From the NCBI GenBank assembly GCA_963678065.2, contig CAXXVZ010000003.1, positions 1,024,001 to 1,088,000 of the forward strand: a stretch of 64,000 nucleotides of DNA. The letters run 5' to 3'. Shown here one piece after another: positions 10,571-19,945 of the stretch. This DNA is from Treponemataceae bacterium. Its GTDB lineage: Bacteria; Spirochaetota; Spirochaetia; Treponematales; Rectinemataceae. Position 1 is the stretch's first letter. Each line of letters begins with the position of its first letter. Under the pieces are notes generated by a model. That model made no database searches and was not told the origin of the DNA. It saw only the letters and a program-made list of their open reading frames with translations. A program made the position numbers and the translations under genes.

Positions 10571-12049
10571 ATGGATGATTTTTCCCGACTCGGTCTCTCG
10601 GACAATCTTGCTTCGGCACTCGCGTCTTTCGGTTTCGCGACACCCACTCCCGTACAGAACACGGCGATCCCCCTCGTCCTCTCAGGACGGGATCTCTACA
10701 TGGAGGCAGAGACGGGAACCGGCAAGACCTTCGCCTACCTCGCCCCTGCTCTCGAACTCATCATGAAACCCCGGAAGCCGGTCGCGCAGTCGAAGCCGAT
10801 GGCACAGGCTGGCCCGGGAGCTTCAGATGCGCCAGTCCCGACACAGAAGCCGGAAGCGCGGCCCTCGGGCGCCCCCATACACCGGCCGGAAGGCCCGGGC
10901 CTCCTCGTGGCCGCCCCGACCCAGGAGCTGGCTGTCCAGATCGGGCGCGAGGCCGAGAAGCTCGTAGCGGCGGCCGGCCTCTCCCTCGAAGTCGCCGTCC
11001 TCCTCGGCGGCAGCCCCCTCTCCCGCCAGGAAACGGCCCTGAAGCGGAGGCCGGCCATCGTCGTCGGAACCCTCGGACGGCTCGCCGACCTCGCCAGGTC
11101 GACGATTCTGAAGCTGCGCGGTCTCTCTGTCATTGTCTTCGACGAGGCGGACCGCATGCTCGCTCCCGAAACGGAGGTCGAGATGCTGGGCCTCCTCGAG
11201 TCGGCGCCCCGCAGCTGCACGAGGCTCCTCGTCTCGGCCACCCTGCCGAACCGAATACGCACCCTGACCGCCCCATACATGAGTGACCCCGTCTCCATCG
11301 ACGTGCAGGGCGAGCCCGTCCTCGCGGGCAATATCGAACACTGGTGCCTCTACTGCGATTCGCGCAAGCGCGTCGACTTCGTCCGGAAGCTCGAAGCGGC
11401 CGTCCGGCCTCCTCGCTGCCTCGTCTTCATGGCCCAGGCCGCCCGCGTCGCCGAAACAGCCGAAAAGCTGGCCGCGCGCGATCTCCCCGTCGGTGCCATC
11501 TCTGCCCGCATGGACAAGGAAGACCGTCGTGTGGCCCTGGACCGCTTCGCGCGGGGAGAAATCCGTTACCTCGTGACGAGCGACCTCGCTGCCCGCGGGC
11601 TCGACATTCCCGGCATCACCCACGTGCTCAGCCTCGACCTCCCTGAAGAGGCGACCATCTACACCCACAGGGCGGGAAGAACCGGACGCGCGGGCGCGAA
11701 GGGCGTCAGCGTCGTCCTCGCCGACAGGGTCGAACTCGAGAGGGCGTCCAAGATGGCCGTCAAGGGCGGCTTCGTCTTCCGCTGCAAGCTGCTCGCGGAG
11801 GGCTCGGTCCTCGAGCCGACTACGGCCGAATTCTTCGACATGGTCGAGGCGGCCTGGGAGGAAAAATCCGCCTACCGCAGCAAGCGGGACTCCGCTCCCT
11901 CCGCCCGCAGGCAGGAATATCACCCCAGGCCGGAAGAATCCCGCCGCAGGCCCGATGGTGAACGGCAGGGCAGGCCCGGAACGGATTCACGCCGCAGGCC
12001 CGGAGGATCGGGCAGCGCTCTCCCCCGCCGGCCGAAAAGTGGCCACTAG
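10571..12049 (+). CDS. DEAD-box RNA helicase
   Basis: Q motif, AETGTGKT, PTQELA, DEAD, SAT, ARGLD, HRAGRTGR; basic tail. Confidence 0.92.
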   Translation: MDDFSRLGLSDNLASALASFGFATPTPVQNTAIPLVLSGRDLYMEAETGTGKTFAYLAPALELIMKPRKPVAQSKPMAQAGPGASDAPVPTQKPEARPSGAPIHRPEGPGLLVAAPTQELAVQIGREAEKLVAAAGLSLEVAVLLGGSPLSRQETALKRRPAIVVGTLGRLADLARSTILKLRGLSVIVFDEADRMLAPETEVEMLGLLESAPRSCTRLLVSATLPNRIRTLTAPYMSDPVSIDVQGEPVLAGNIEHWCLYCDSRKRVDFVRKLEAAVRPPRCLVFMAQAARVAETAEKLAARDLPVGAISARMDKEDRRVALDRFARGEIRYLVTSDLAARGLDIPGITHVLSLDLPEEATIYTHRAGRTGRAGAKGVSVVLADRVELERASKMAVKGGFVFRCKLLAEGSVLEPTTAEFFDMVEAAWEEKSAYRSKRDSAPSARRQEYHPRPEESRRRPDGERQGRPGTDSRRRPGGSGSALPRRPKSGH

Positions 12050-12052
12050 CCG

Positions 12053-14587
12053 ATGGCACCGAGCGTGAACGAGGGGGACTATCCCCTCCTGTACGAGACT
12101 CCGGCCATCATCCCGGCCGTCCTCGACGACATGGCCAACCCCGCCTGGGAAGACGCGCCGTTCAGGATTCTCATAGTGCGGCTCTCGCGATACGCCGACA
12201 TCACGAAGTCCAGCTCCCACCTCTTCCTGTTTTCGGAATCGAGGCAGGCCATGCCCGGGGCCTTCCTCGATTTCGCCTTTCTCCCTGAACGGCGGGACAG
12301 GGAGACGCTCCTCGAAAAGGGTCTTCCCTGGTTTTTCGGCAGGGCCTCGGGCAGAAGCCCGGCGGACTTCGACCTCATCCTCATTTCGAACGCCTTCGCC
12401 CTCGAGCTTCTCAACCTGCCCTGGCTCTTCTCGACCGCGGGACTTCCCCTGCGCGCGTCGGGACGAGCCGGGCTCGCGCACTCTCCTTACGTCATCCTCG
12501 GCGGCTCCAACGCCGCCCTGGCCGGCTCCCTCGTGTTCGACGAGGGCGGCCCGGAAGAGGACTCCTTCGTCGACGCCATCTTCTTCGGCGAAGGGGAAGG
12601 CGCCATCGCGGAAATACTCGAAGCGACGGCCGAGTCTGCCGGCCGGCAGGGGGCGCTCGAAGCCCTCGCCGGAATCGCCGGTCTCTGGATTCCGGGCAAG
12701 CCGTCGGCGGGCCCGGTGGAACGGGAGAGCCGACCCAGGCGCAGGATCCTCCGCCCCGCGCCGCCGGCCCTGACGGACTACCCCATCCTCAATTCTGAGG
12801 AGGCGGGAACGGCGAGACTCGCGATCACGGCGGGATGCCCCGGCCTCTGCTCCTTCTGCCTCGAGGGCTGGGACCGCCTGCCCTACCGGGAAATCCCCCT
12901 TTCCGAAGTCCTCGATTCGGCCCGGAAGCTCAGGACCGCGAGCGGGGCCGAGACGCTCGAAGTCTACAGTTTCAACTTCAACACCCACGCTTCTGTCTTT
13001 GAGCTGTTTTTCGAGCTCGGCCGCATTTTCCGCCGCGTCAACTTCATGAGTCAGAGGGTCGACATCCTGGCCCGCACTCCCGGCCTGGCCGCGGCTGAGT
13101 TCGCGGCCGACAAGCACTCCTTCACCCTCGGCATCGAGGGCATCTCGGAGCGCATGCGGCGGTATTACCGCAAAGGACTCGACGCGGCGGACATCAAGGC
13201 GGCCCTCGACCGCCTCCTCTCGCCCGGACTGCGCGAACTCAAGCTCTTCTTCATCATCGCGGGAATCGAGGACGCCGCTGACATTGCAGAGTTCGGGGAC
13301 TTCGTTTCCTCCCTCGCAGCGCTGAAATCCGCGCGCTCGGCCGGAACCCGGCTCCTCGTCTCCGCGGGCTTCCTCGTGCGGCTGCCCTTCACTCCCCTCC
13401 AGTACGCCCCGCTCGAATTGGATCAGGGCAAACTCGAAGGACTCGCCCGAAGGCTCGCCGGGCTCTGCGAGGCGAAGGGCGTCGAATTCCGCATCGCATC
13501 CCGCTTCGACGAGTACGCGATGGACCAGGTTCTGGCCCTCGGAGGCTCCCCGCTCGCCGGATGGCTCGAATCAGTTCCGGGAAAAGGCTTCAGCTACGAC
13601 AGTTCGCTCTCCCGCGGCGCGTGGCCTTCGCTGGAGTCCTGGGCGCATGGCGGCGGTTTCCTCGCCGAATCGTTCCTCGACGAGAAAGGACCAGACTTCC
13701 GCCCCCCCCTCGGTTTCATGGAGGCGCCGGAGCGGCATGCCCTCCTCAGGCGGCATTACGAGGAAGCCAGGAACGGGGTGGATCGTCCCCTCTGCCTCGG
13801 CTCGGGCTGCTCGGATTGCGGCGCCTGCGCCGATCCCGAAGACAGAAAATCCATCGCCGCGCACAGGAACGCCAGGCTCGCGGATTCCTCGCTCGTGACG
13901 AAAACCGCCCGACTCGTGGCCGCGAAAAACGCTTTTATTCCCTTGCGTATCGCCGTGAACCTTCCAGAGAGCCTTTCCGGCTCCAGTCCGGAATACAAGG
14001 GCTCCTGGTTCCTGCGCAGGCTCTCCGAAGTCCATCCCGAGGCCTGGAAAATGGTCTTCCAGGCGCGGGAATCCCTCTTTTCGGCAGGAAAACTGTCCGG
14101 ACTTCTGCCCGAGCGCGCGGGATTCTGGGGAAAGTGCGTCTTCGAACTGTATGGCCCGGACCGGGAGGCCATAGCCCGGCTCGTCTCGGCCCTCCGCACT
14201 CGCCACGCGGGCCCGGAGGGATTCAGAGTCGGCGCGCCGGAAGGGCCCTGCGCGGAGCCCGCGTCGAGGATCGACCTGCGGATCGCGATCGGCGACGCCG
14301 GCTTCGCGGCAAAAGCCCTGCCCGCATTCAGGCGCTGGCTCTCGGAGCTCCACGTCGAGGCGACGGAGGAAGCGACAGTGGAGAAAGATACCCTCCAACG
14401 GATTTTCCGCCCTTCCTCCCGCGGCCTGAAAAAGGGTCTTGTCCACGAAGCGCGCATCCGCGTGGAAGAAGGCAAGGCCATCGCCGATCTCATCTGCGGC
14501 CCCAAGGCCCGGATCGGTGAATGGCTCGACATGATCGACCCGCTCGCGGCGACGGCCGCCTCGATACAGGTCAGGGAATGGGAGTAA
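12053..14587 (+). CDS. Large radical SAM protein of unknown function (TIGR03960-like architecture)
   Basis: GCPGLCSFC (CxxxCxxC), FDLILIS..LEL..L N-terminal region, FTLGIEGISERMR, second Cys cluster CLGSGCSDCGAC. Confidence 0.75.
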   Translation: MAPSVNEGDYPLLYETPAIIPAVLDDMANPAWEDAPFRILIVRLSRYADITKSSSHLFLFSESRQAMPGAFLDFAFLPERRDRETLLEKGLPWFFGRASGRSPADFDLILISNAFALELLNLPWLFSTAGLPLRASGRAGLAHSPYVILGGSNAALAGSLVFDEGGPEEDSFVDAIFFGEGEGAIAEILEATAESAGRQGALEALAGIAGLWIPGKPSAGPVERESRPRRRILRPAPPALTDYPILNSEEAGTARLAITAGCPGLCSFCLEGWDRLPYREIPLSEVLDSARKLRTASGAETLEVYSFNFNTHASVFELFFELGRIFRRVNFMSQRVDILARTPGLAAAEFAADKHSFTLGIEGISERMRRYYRKGLDAADIKAALDRLLSPGLRELKLFFIIAGIEDAADIAEFGDFVSSLAALKSARSAGTRLLVSAGFLVRLPFTPLQYAPLELDQGKLEGLARRLAGLCEAKGVEFRIASRFDEYAMDQVLALGGSPLAGWLESVPGKGFSYDSSLSRGAWPSLESWAHGGGFLAESFLDEKGPDFRPPLGFMEAPERHALLRRHYEEARNGVDRPLCLGSGCSDCGACADPEDRKSIAAHRNARLADSSLVTKTARLVAAKNAFIPLRIAVNLPESLSGSSPEYKGSWFLRRLSEVHPEAWKMVFQARESLFSAGKLSGLLPERAGFWGKCVFELYGPDREAIARLVSALRTRHAGPEGFRVGAPEGPCAEPASRIDLRIAIGDAGFAAKALPAFRRWLSELHVEATEEATVEKDTLQRIFRPSSRGLKKGLVHEARIRVEEGKAIADLICGPKARIGEWLDMIDPLAATAASIQVREWE

Positions 14588-14957
14588 AGGCGGAATCGGG
14601 AATGTAGGCGGCCACGCTGGTGGGAGTCTCGAAGACCTCGACGGCCGAAAGCGGTGCCCGAGGAAGCGTTTCCCGTATGCCTTCGTAGATGTACCGGGCT
14701 ATCCTCTCCGCGGATGGGTCATCCGCGAATACCTCGAGATCATTCAGATTGCTGTGGTCAAGGACAGAAAGAACTTTCCTGAGCGCCCCCTTCAGCTCGC
14801 CGAAATCCAGAAGCATGCCGCCTGAATCCAGCTCCGGCCCCGCAGCGTGGACCCTGACCCGGTAATTGTGCCCGTGCAGACGCTCGCACTTGCCGTGGTA
14901 GTGGCTGAGAAAGTGCGCCGCCGCGAAATCCGCCTCGACCCGTACTGTGTACATCAT
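14571..14957 (-). CDS. queD: 6-carboxy-5,6,7,8-tetrahydropterin synthase
   Basis: F.AAH, CERLHGHNY, DFG, LDH.NLN, PSAE, ETP motifs. Confidence 0.9.
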   Translation of the reverse strand: MMYTVRVEADFAAAHFLSHYHGKCERLHGHNYRVRVHAAGPELDSGGMLLDFGELKGALRKVLSVLDHSNLNDLEVFADDPSAERIARYIYEGIRETLPRAPLSAVEVFETPTSVAAYIPDSAFTPIP

Positions 14958-15062
14958 TTTACTCCGAGGATCACAAATTCTTCCGTAAACCCTGTCAATC
15001 CAGTCTGATTACGATTATGATTCAAAATACAGAGAAATCCATACATTTACAGGAGGGTATCG

Positions 15063-15608
15063 ATGACAAAGAAAGTAATTCTGGCGCTTCTGGTTCTCGC
15101 TCTCGCGGTCGCTCCGGTTTTCGCCCAGTTCAGGCTCGAAGTCGGCGCCGAAGTTCCACTCGGAGGCGGATACATCGACAGCTCCGGCAACTTCCACAAC
15201 GAAGGAAGTCTTTTTGGCAGCAACATATTCCCGATTCCCGAAGTCGGACTGTCCTACAGGATTCCGGTGCTGGGCTTCATGCGCGTCGGCGCGGGGCTGA
15301 GGGCCTTCAGCATAATCGTCCAGACGATCGCGTTCCCCAATGTGTACGCCGAGGCTAAATTCGGACCGTTCATCGTCGAGGCGCAGGTGGGCGGGCTCGC
15401 GTTCGCATCCTTCGGCTCGGGGGGAACATACTTCGAGACCGGACTCAACGTGCTCGTCCCCGATATTTCGGCCTGGATAGGATTCGGCAAGGATGGCGCG
15501 GTGAGGATAGGCGGAGGCGTGATCGGACTCAGCGGGACCAAGCTCGATTCCACCATGACAATTCCGGTCATATATTACGCGGGAGCGAAACTGATTCTCA
15601 ACCCATAA
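15063..15608 (+). CDS. Secreted small beta-barrel-like outer membrane protein (hypothetical)
   Basis: Signal peptide ending VFA, Gly/aromatic-rich alternating strands, strong RBS AGGAGG. Confidence 0.6.
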   Translation: MTKKVILALLVLALAVAPVFAQFRLEVGAEVPLGGGYIDSSGNFHNEGSLFGSNIFPIPEVGLSYRIPVLGFMRVGAGLRAFSIIVQTIAFPNVYAEAKFGPFIVEAQVGGLAFASFGSGGTYFETGLNVLVPDISAWIGFGKDGAVRIGGGVIGLSGTKLDSTMTIPVIYYAGAKLILNP

Positions 15609-15620
15609 AGCTACCTCAGC

Positions 15621-15666
15621 GGATCAGCCCCAGCTCCATGCGGCCGCGGCATAGCGGGGCTGATCC
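15621..15666. other. Long GC-rich stem-loop after the OMP gene
   Basis: GGATCAGCCCC...GGGGCTGATCC perfect 11-bp arms with further internal pairing; no clear U-tract. Confidence 0.55.
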
Positions 15667-15766
15667 TGAAAAATCCTGTCACATCCTTTCCGGGCTTTCA
15701 CAATACCGGACCTGAGCGGCCGCGACTTCTTGAAGATGCGCCGCCGCGGGTGCTATGGTTGGCAGC

Positions 15767-17437
15767 ATGGAACGACCACTGCGCAACTGCATCTCCGGAC
15801 TCTCCATTCTCGAGGCGAGCGGACCCGGCAACCCACGTATCGCAGGATTAGCCTACGATTCCCGGTCGGTGCGGGAGGGCTTCCTTTTTTTCGCCCTTCC
15901 CGGCCTCCACGAGGACGGCCACCGCTTCATCGATGCGGCCATCGATCGAGGCGCCGTCGCCGTGGTCCACTGTCTCCCCATTCAAAACAAGAGACCCGGC
16001 CTCTCGTACATCAGGGTGGCCGATCCGCGCAGCGCCATGTCGCCCGTGGCGGCTTCGTTCTATGGACATCCCTGCCGGGACCTCACCGTCATAGGCGTCA
16101 CGGGAACAGAAGGAAAAAGTACCACCGTCTACCTCATCTACCAGCTCCTTGAACTCGCAGGCAGGAAGGCCGGCTTCTTCTCTACGGTCATGTCGAGAAC
16201 ATCCTCTGGCGAGGTCCCCAACCCGGAACACCAGACCACGCCCGAGGCCACGGCCATCCACAGGATGCTCGCGGAAATGCGGGATGCCGGCCTCGGGTAC
16301 GCTGTCGTCGAGGCATCATCCCACGGCCTCTCCGAGCGGACGAACCGCCTCGGCGATGTCGGTTTCGACGTCGGCATCATGACGAACGTCACGCACGAGC
16401 ACCTCGAATTCCACGGAACCTGGGAACAATACCGGAGCGACAAAGGCCGACTCTTCCGCGCGCTCTGTCCGGAAGGCCGTCCTGTCCCCGGCGAAAGCGG
16501 GAAACTGCGGCCGGCCTTCGGCATCGTCAACGCGAATGATCCTTCGGCCGCGTGGTTCCAGGATCAGACCCGAGCGCATGTTTATGCGTTTTCCGTCGGC
16601 GAGGCGAAGAATTTCGCGCAGCCTGATCTGCGGGCCCTCTCCGTACGGGCGGATGCCAAGGGAGAGGATTTCGTCATCGAAGGACCGAGTCTTGCAGGAC
16701 CCGCGGACAGGACCGCCGCCGCCTTCGCGCTGCCCCAGGCTGCCAGCTCCTCCTCGGGCGAGGCGGCAAAGGCCCTCCACCGGGTGGACGCGCGGATCAA
16801 CCTGCCAGGCTCCTTCAACGTCGGCAATGCCCTCGCCGCCCTCATCGCCGTGTCGGGACTTACGGGCCGCGACTGGCCCGAACTCGTCCCGCTTCTGCCC
16901 TCGCTCCGGCCCGTGTATGGCCGCATGACGGCGATAGAAGAAGGTCAGCCCTTCGAACTCGTCATCGACTACGCCCACACGCCGTCCTCCTTCGAGGCCA
17001 TCTTCCCTCCCCTGCGCGGGCGCGTCCGGGGCAGAATCATCTGCCTCTTCGGTTCGGGAGGAGAGCGCGACAGGGCAAAACGCCCCGAGCAGGGCCGGAT
17101 AGCCTCCCGCTTCTGCGACATCATCATCCTCGCCGACGAGGACCCCCGAGGCGAAGATCCTGAGGAGCTCCTCAGGGAAATCGCCGCCGGCTGCCCCGAA
17201 AGGACGGAGGGTTCCGATCTCTTCCTCATCCCCGACCGGAAGGCCGCCATACGGAAGGCCTTCAGCCTCGCGGGCCCCGGGGATCTCGTCCTTCTCCTCG
17301 GAAAGGGGCACGAGAATTCCATCATAAAAGCGGACGGGGCCCAGCCCTACGACGAGGCGGGCGAGGCTCGTTCAGCCCTGGCCGAGATGGGCTACCCCGC
17401 GGCGCAGGCGACGGCTTCAAAAAAGGACCTGCGATGA
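15767..17437 (+). CDS. murE: UDP-MurNAc-tripeptide synthetase
   Basis: YDSRSV, VTGTEGKST, QTTPE, EASSHGL, DYAHTP, DEDPR (not DNPR; a non-DAP type, consistent with spirochaete ornithine), GKGHE. Confidence 0.92.
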   Translation: MERPLRNCISGLSILEASGPGNPRIAGLAYDSRSVREGFLFFALPGLHEDGHRFIDAAIDRGAVAVVHCLPIQNKRPGLSYIRVADPRSAMSPVAASFYGHPCRDLTVIGVTGTEGKSTTVYLIYQLLELAGRKAGFFSTVMSRTSSGEVPNPEHQTTPEATAIHRMLAEMRDAGLGYAVVEASSHGLSERTNRLGDVGFDVGIMTNVTHEHLEFHGTWEQYRSDKGRLFRALCPEGRPVPGESGKLRPAFGIVNANDPSAAWFQDQTRAHVYAFSVGEAKNFAQPDLRALSVRADAKGEDFVIEGPSLAGPADRTAAAFALPQAASSSSGEAAKALHRVDARINLPGSFNVGNALAALIAVSGLTGRDWPELVPLLPSLRPVYGRMTAIEEGQPFELVIDYAHTPSSFEAIFPPLRGRVRGRIICLFGSGGERDRAKRPEQGRIASRFCDIIILADEDPRGEDPEELLREIAAGCPERTEGSDLFLIPDRKAAIRKAFSLAGPGDLVLLLGKGHENSIIKADGAQPYDEAGEARSALAEMGYPAAQATASKKDLR

Positions 17438-18531
17438 AACGAATGGTCATCCTCTACGGAGGCAAATCGGGCGAGCACGAGGTATCCTGCATCTCCGCTG
17501 CCGGCATACTCGGGCATTTTCCCCGGGACCGCTACGAAGCTGTCTCCGTAGGCATCGACGGAGAGGGAGTCTGGCATCTCCAGCCTCCCGGCCTCGCAGA
17601 CAGGCCTTTCGTCGAAGGCCGACCCCTTCCTCTCGAAAATGGCCCCCGGGTCCTCGCGGCGCCGGGAGCCGGCCTCTTCGTCGAGGTGGATTCCAGGATA
17701 ACACCCCTTCGATGCGATCTGGTATTTCCAGTCCTGCACGGTACTTTCGGAGAAGATGGCACGATCCAGGGCCTCCTCGAGACAGCCGGCCTTCCCTATG
17801 TCGGCGCCGGGGTTCTCGGCTCAGCCCTCGGCATGGACAAGGAGAAGGCGAAGGAACTCTGGCGCGGAGACGGATTGCCGATCGTCGACTTCATCACCGT
17901 CCGGCGCGCCGATCTCGAGACTCCGGGGAAGCTGGAAAGCATCATGCGGAGGCTGGAGGCGAGGTTCGGCTGGCCCGCCTTCGTCAAGCCCGCCTGCGCC
18001 GGCTCCTCGGTGGGAGCTTCGCGCATCAGTGGCCCCGAGGGCTTCGTCTCCGCGGTCAGGGAAGCCCTGCGCTGGGACCGGAAGGCTCTCCTCGAACCCT
18101 TCGTCCACGCGCGCGAGATCGAGTGCTCCGTCCTCGGCAACGAGAATCCCCGGGCCTTCATGCCGGGTGAAATCATCCCCTCCCACGAGTTCTACGACTA
18201 CGAGGCGAAATACATCGACCCGGACGGCGCGGCCCTCATCATCCCCGCGGGGATCACTGCGGCCCAGGCGGAAAAAGTCAGGGAGACAGCTATCGCCGCA
18301 TACAGGGCCTGCGAGCTTTCGGGCATGGCGCGCGTCGACTTTTTCATCGACAAGAGGACGGGCGAAGTTCTCCTCAACGAAGTGAACACCATCCCTGGCT
18401 TTACCCATATCTCGATGTACCCCCGGATGTGCGAGGCGGGCGGACTCGCGTATACGGAACTCGTCGCGCGCCTCGGGGACCTGGCCCTGGAGCGTCACAA
18501 AGAAGCAATGACCATCAGATACACGCGGTGA
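17434..18531 (+). CDS. ddl: D-alanine--D-alanine ligase
   Basis: YGGKSGEHEVS, LHGTFGEDG, GSSVG, YDYEAKY, NEVNTIPG. Confidence 0.95.
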   Translation: MKRMVILYGGKSGEHEVSCISAAGILGHFPRDRYEAVSVGIDGEGVWHLQPPGLADRPFVEGRPLPLENGPRVLAAPGAGLFVEVDSRITPLRCDLVFPVLHGTFGEDGTIQGLLETAGLPYVGAGVLGSALGMDKEKAKELWRGDGLPIVDFITVRRADLETPGKLESIMRRLEARFGWPAFVKPACAGSSVGASRISGPEGFVSAVREALRWDRKALLEPFVHAREIECSVLGNENPRAFMPGEIIPSHEFYDYEAKYIDPDGAALIIPAGITAAQAEKVRETAIAAYRACELSGMARVDFFIDKRTGEVLLNEVNTIPGFTHISMYPRMCEAGGLAYTELVARLGDLALERHKEAMTIRYTR

Positions 18532-18569
18532 TGAGTGCCTCCGATGACCTTCCAACGCTCCGCCGATCG

Positions 18570-18583
18570 TGAATAAAAATACA
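18570..18583. promoter_or_regulatory. Putative ARG box (ArgR/AhrC operator)
   Basis: TGAATAAAAATACA, one mismatch to TGAAT-W4-ATTCA, in the AT-rich region upstream of rocD. Confidence 0.5.
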
Positions 18584-18714
18584 AGGCTATTATTATATTT
18601 ATCTATATGATAATGATTTAGTTTTTAATATGGCGCTGAAGGAACCTTTCTGGTATACTCAAGGGCGGATTCCGCAATCCGGAATTCTGCCCATCGGGGC
18701 AAGGAGGTTCTTTC

Positions 18715-19914
18715 ATGAAGTCCCAGGACTACATCGCCCTGGACGAACAGTACGGCGCGCACAATTACCACCCGCTGCCCGTCGTCATTTCAAAAGCTTC
18801 GGGATGTGTGGTCACCGATCCTGAAGGGAAGGTCTACTATGACTTCCTCTCGGCCTATTCGGCCGTGAACCAGGGCCACCTTCATCCCGCCATCGTCGCC
18901 GCCGCCAGGGAACAGCTCGAGCGGGTCACCCTGACGAGTCGCGCCTTCCACAACGACCGCATGGGCCTCTTTCTCAGGAAGCTCTGCGAGTTCACCGGCT
19001 TCGAAAACGCCCTTCCGATGAATACGGGCGCGGAGGCGGTCGAGACGGCCCTCAAAGCCGCCCGCCGTTGGGGAGCCGAGGTCAAGGGAGTTCCAAACGG
19101 AAGCCAGCGCATCATCTGCGCCGAGGGCAATTTCCACGGACGGACCCTGGCCATCGTCTCCATGTCCAGCGATCCGGACGCCGTAATCAATTACGGGCCC
19201 TACGTCCCCGGATTCGACAAGGTACCCTACGCCGACGCCGAGGCCATCGGGGCGGCGATTACGCCCGACACGGTCGCCGTGATCATCGAGCCCATTCAGG
19301 GAGAGGCGGGGGTCGTCGTGCCGCCCGCGGGCTACCTGAAGCGGGTGCGCGAACTCTGCACGGCCAACAATATGCTGTTCATCGACGACGAGATCCAGAC
19401 GGGGTTCTGCCGCACCGGGAAGCGCTTCGCCTGGGAATTCGAGGATGCCCGCCCGGACATCATGTGCCTCGGCAAGGCCCTCGGCGGCGGCATCATGCCC
19501 ATCTCCGCCATCGTCGCCGACCACGATATCATGAAGGTCTTCACCCCCGGCACCCACGGCTCCACGTTCGGTGGCAACCCCCTCGCGGGCGCCATCGGCA
19601 TGGCCGCCATCCAGGTTCTCGAGGACGAGAAGCTCGACGAGAACGCTGAGAGGCTTGGCCGCATATTCCGCGAAAAAGTCGCAAAGATTTCCTGCCCGAA
19701 GATGGTCACAGTGCGGGGCAAAGGGCTTCTGAACGCCGTCGTCTTCGAGAGGGGTTTCGAGGCTTACGATGTCTGCCTCGCCCTGCGCGACTCAGGGCTC
19801 CTCGCCAAACAGACCCACGGAAATATCATCCGCTTCGCTCCGCCTCTCGTCATCACCGAGGCGGAACTGGATGAGGCGGTCGCAATCATAAAGTCGGTCT
19901 TCGAAAAAATCTGA
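18715..19914 (+). CDS. rocD: Ornithine--oxo-acid aminotransferase
   Basis: GAHNYHPLP, DFLSAYSAVNQGH, LTSRAF, DEIQTG, GKALGGG, HGSTFGGNP. Confidence 0.95.
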   Translation: MKSQDYIALDEQYGAHNYHPLPVVISKASGCVVTDPEGKVYYDFLSAYSAVNQGHLHPAIVAAAREQLERVTLTSRAFHNDRMGLFLRKLCEFTGFENALPMNTGAEAVETALKAARRWGAEVKGVPNGSQRIICAEGNFHGRTLAIVSMSSDPDAVINYGPYVPGFDKVPYADAEAIGAAITPDTVAVIIEPIQGEAGVVVPPAGYLKRVRELCTANNMLFIDDEIQTGFCRTGKRFAWEFEDARPDIMCLGKALGGGIMPISAIVADHDIMKVFTPGTHGSTFGGNPLAGAIGMAAIQVLEDEKLDENAERLGRIFREKVAKISCPKMVTVRGKGLLNAVVFERGFEAYDVCLALRDSGLLAKQTHGNIIRFAPPLVITEAELDEAVAIIKSVFEKI

Positions 19915-19945
19915 AAAAGGCTCCGGGAGGCGAGTATTCGCCTCC

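Noticed and set aside
18631..18650. sigma54 promoter for rocD (TGGCGC)
   Set aside because: No TTGC at the -12 position
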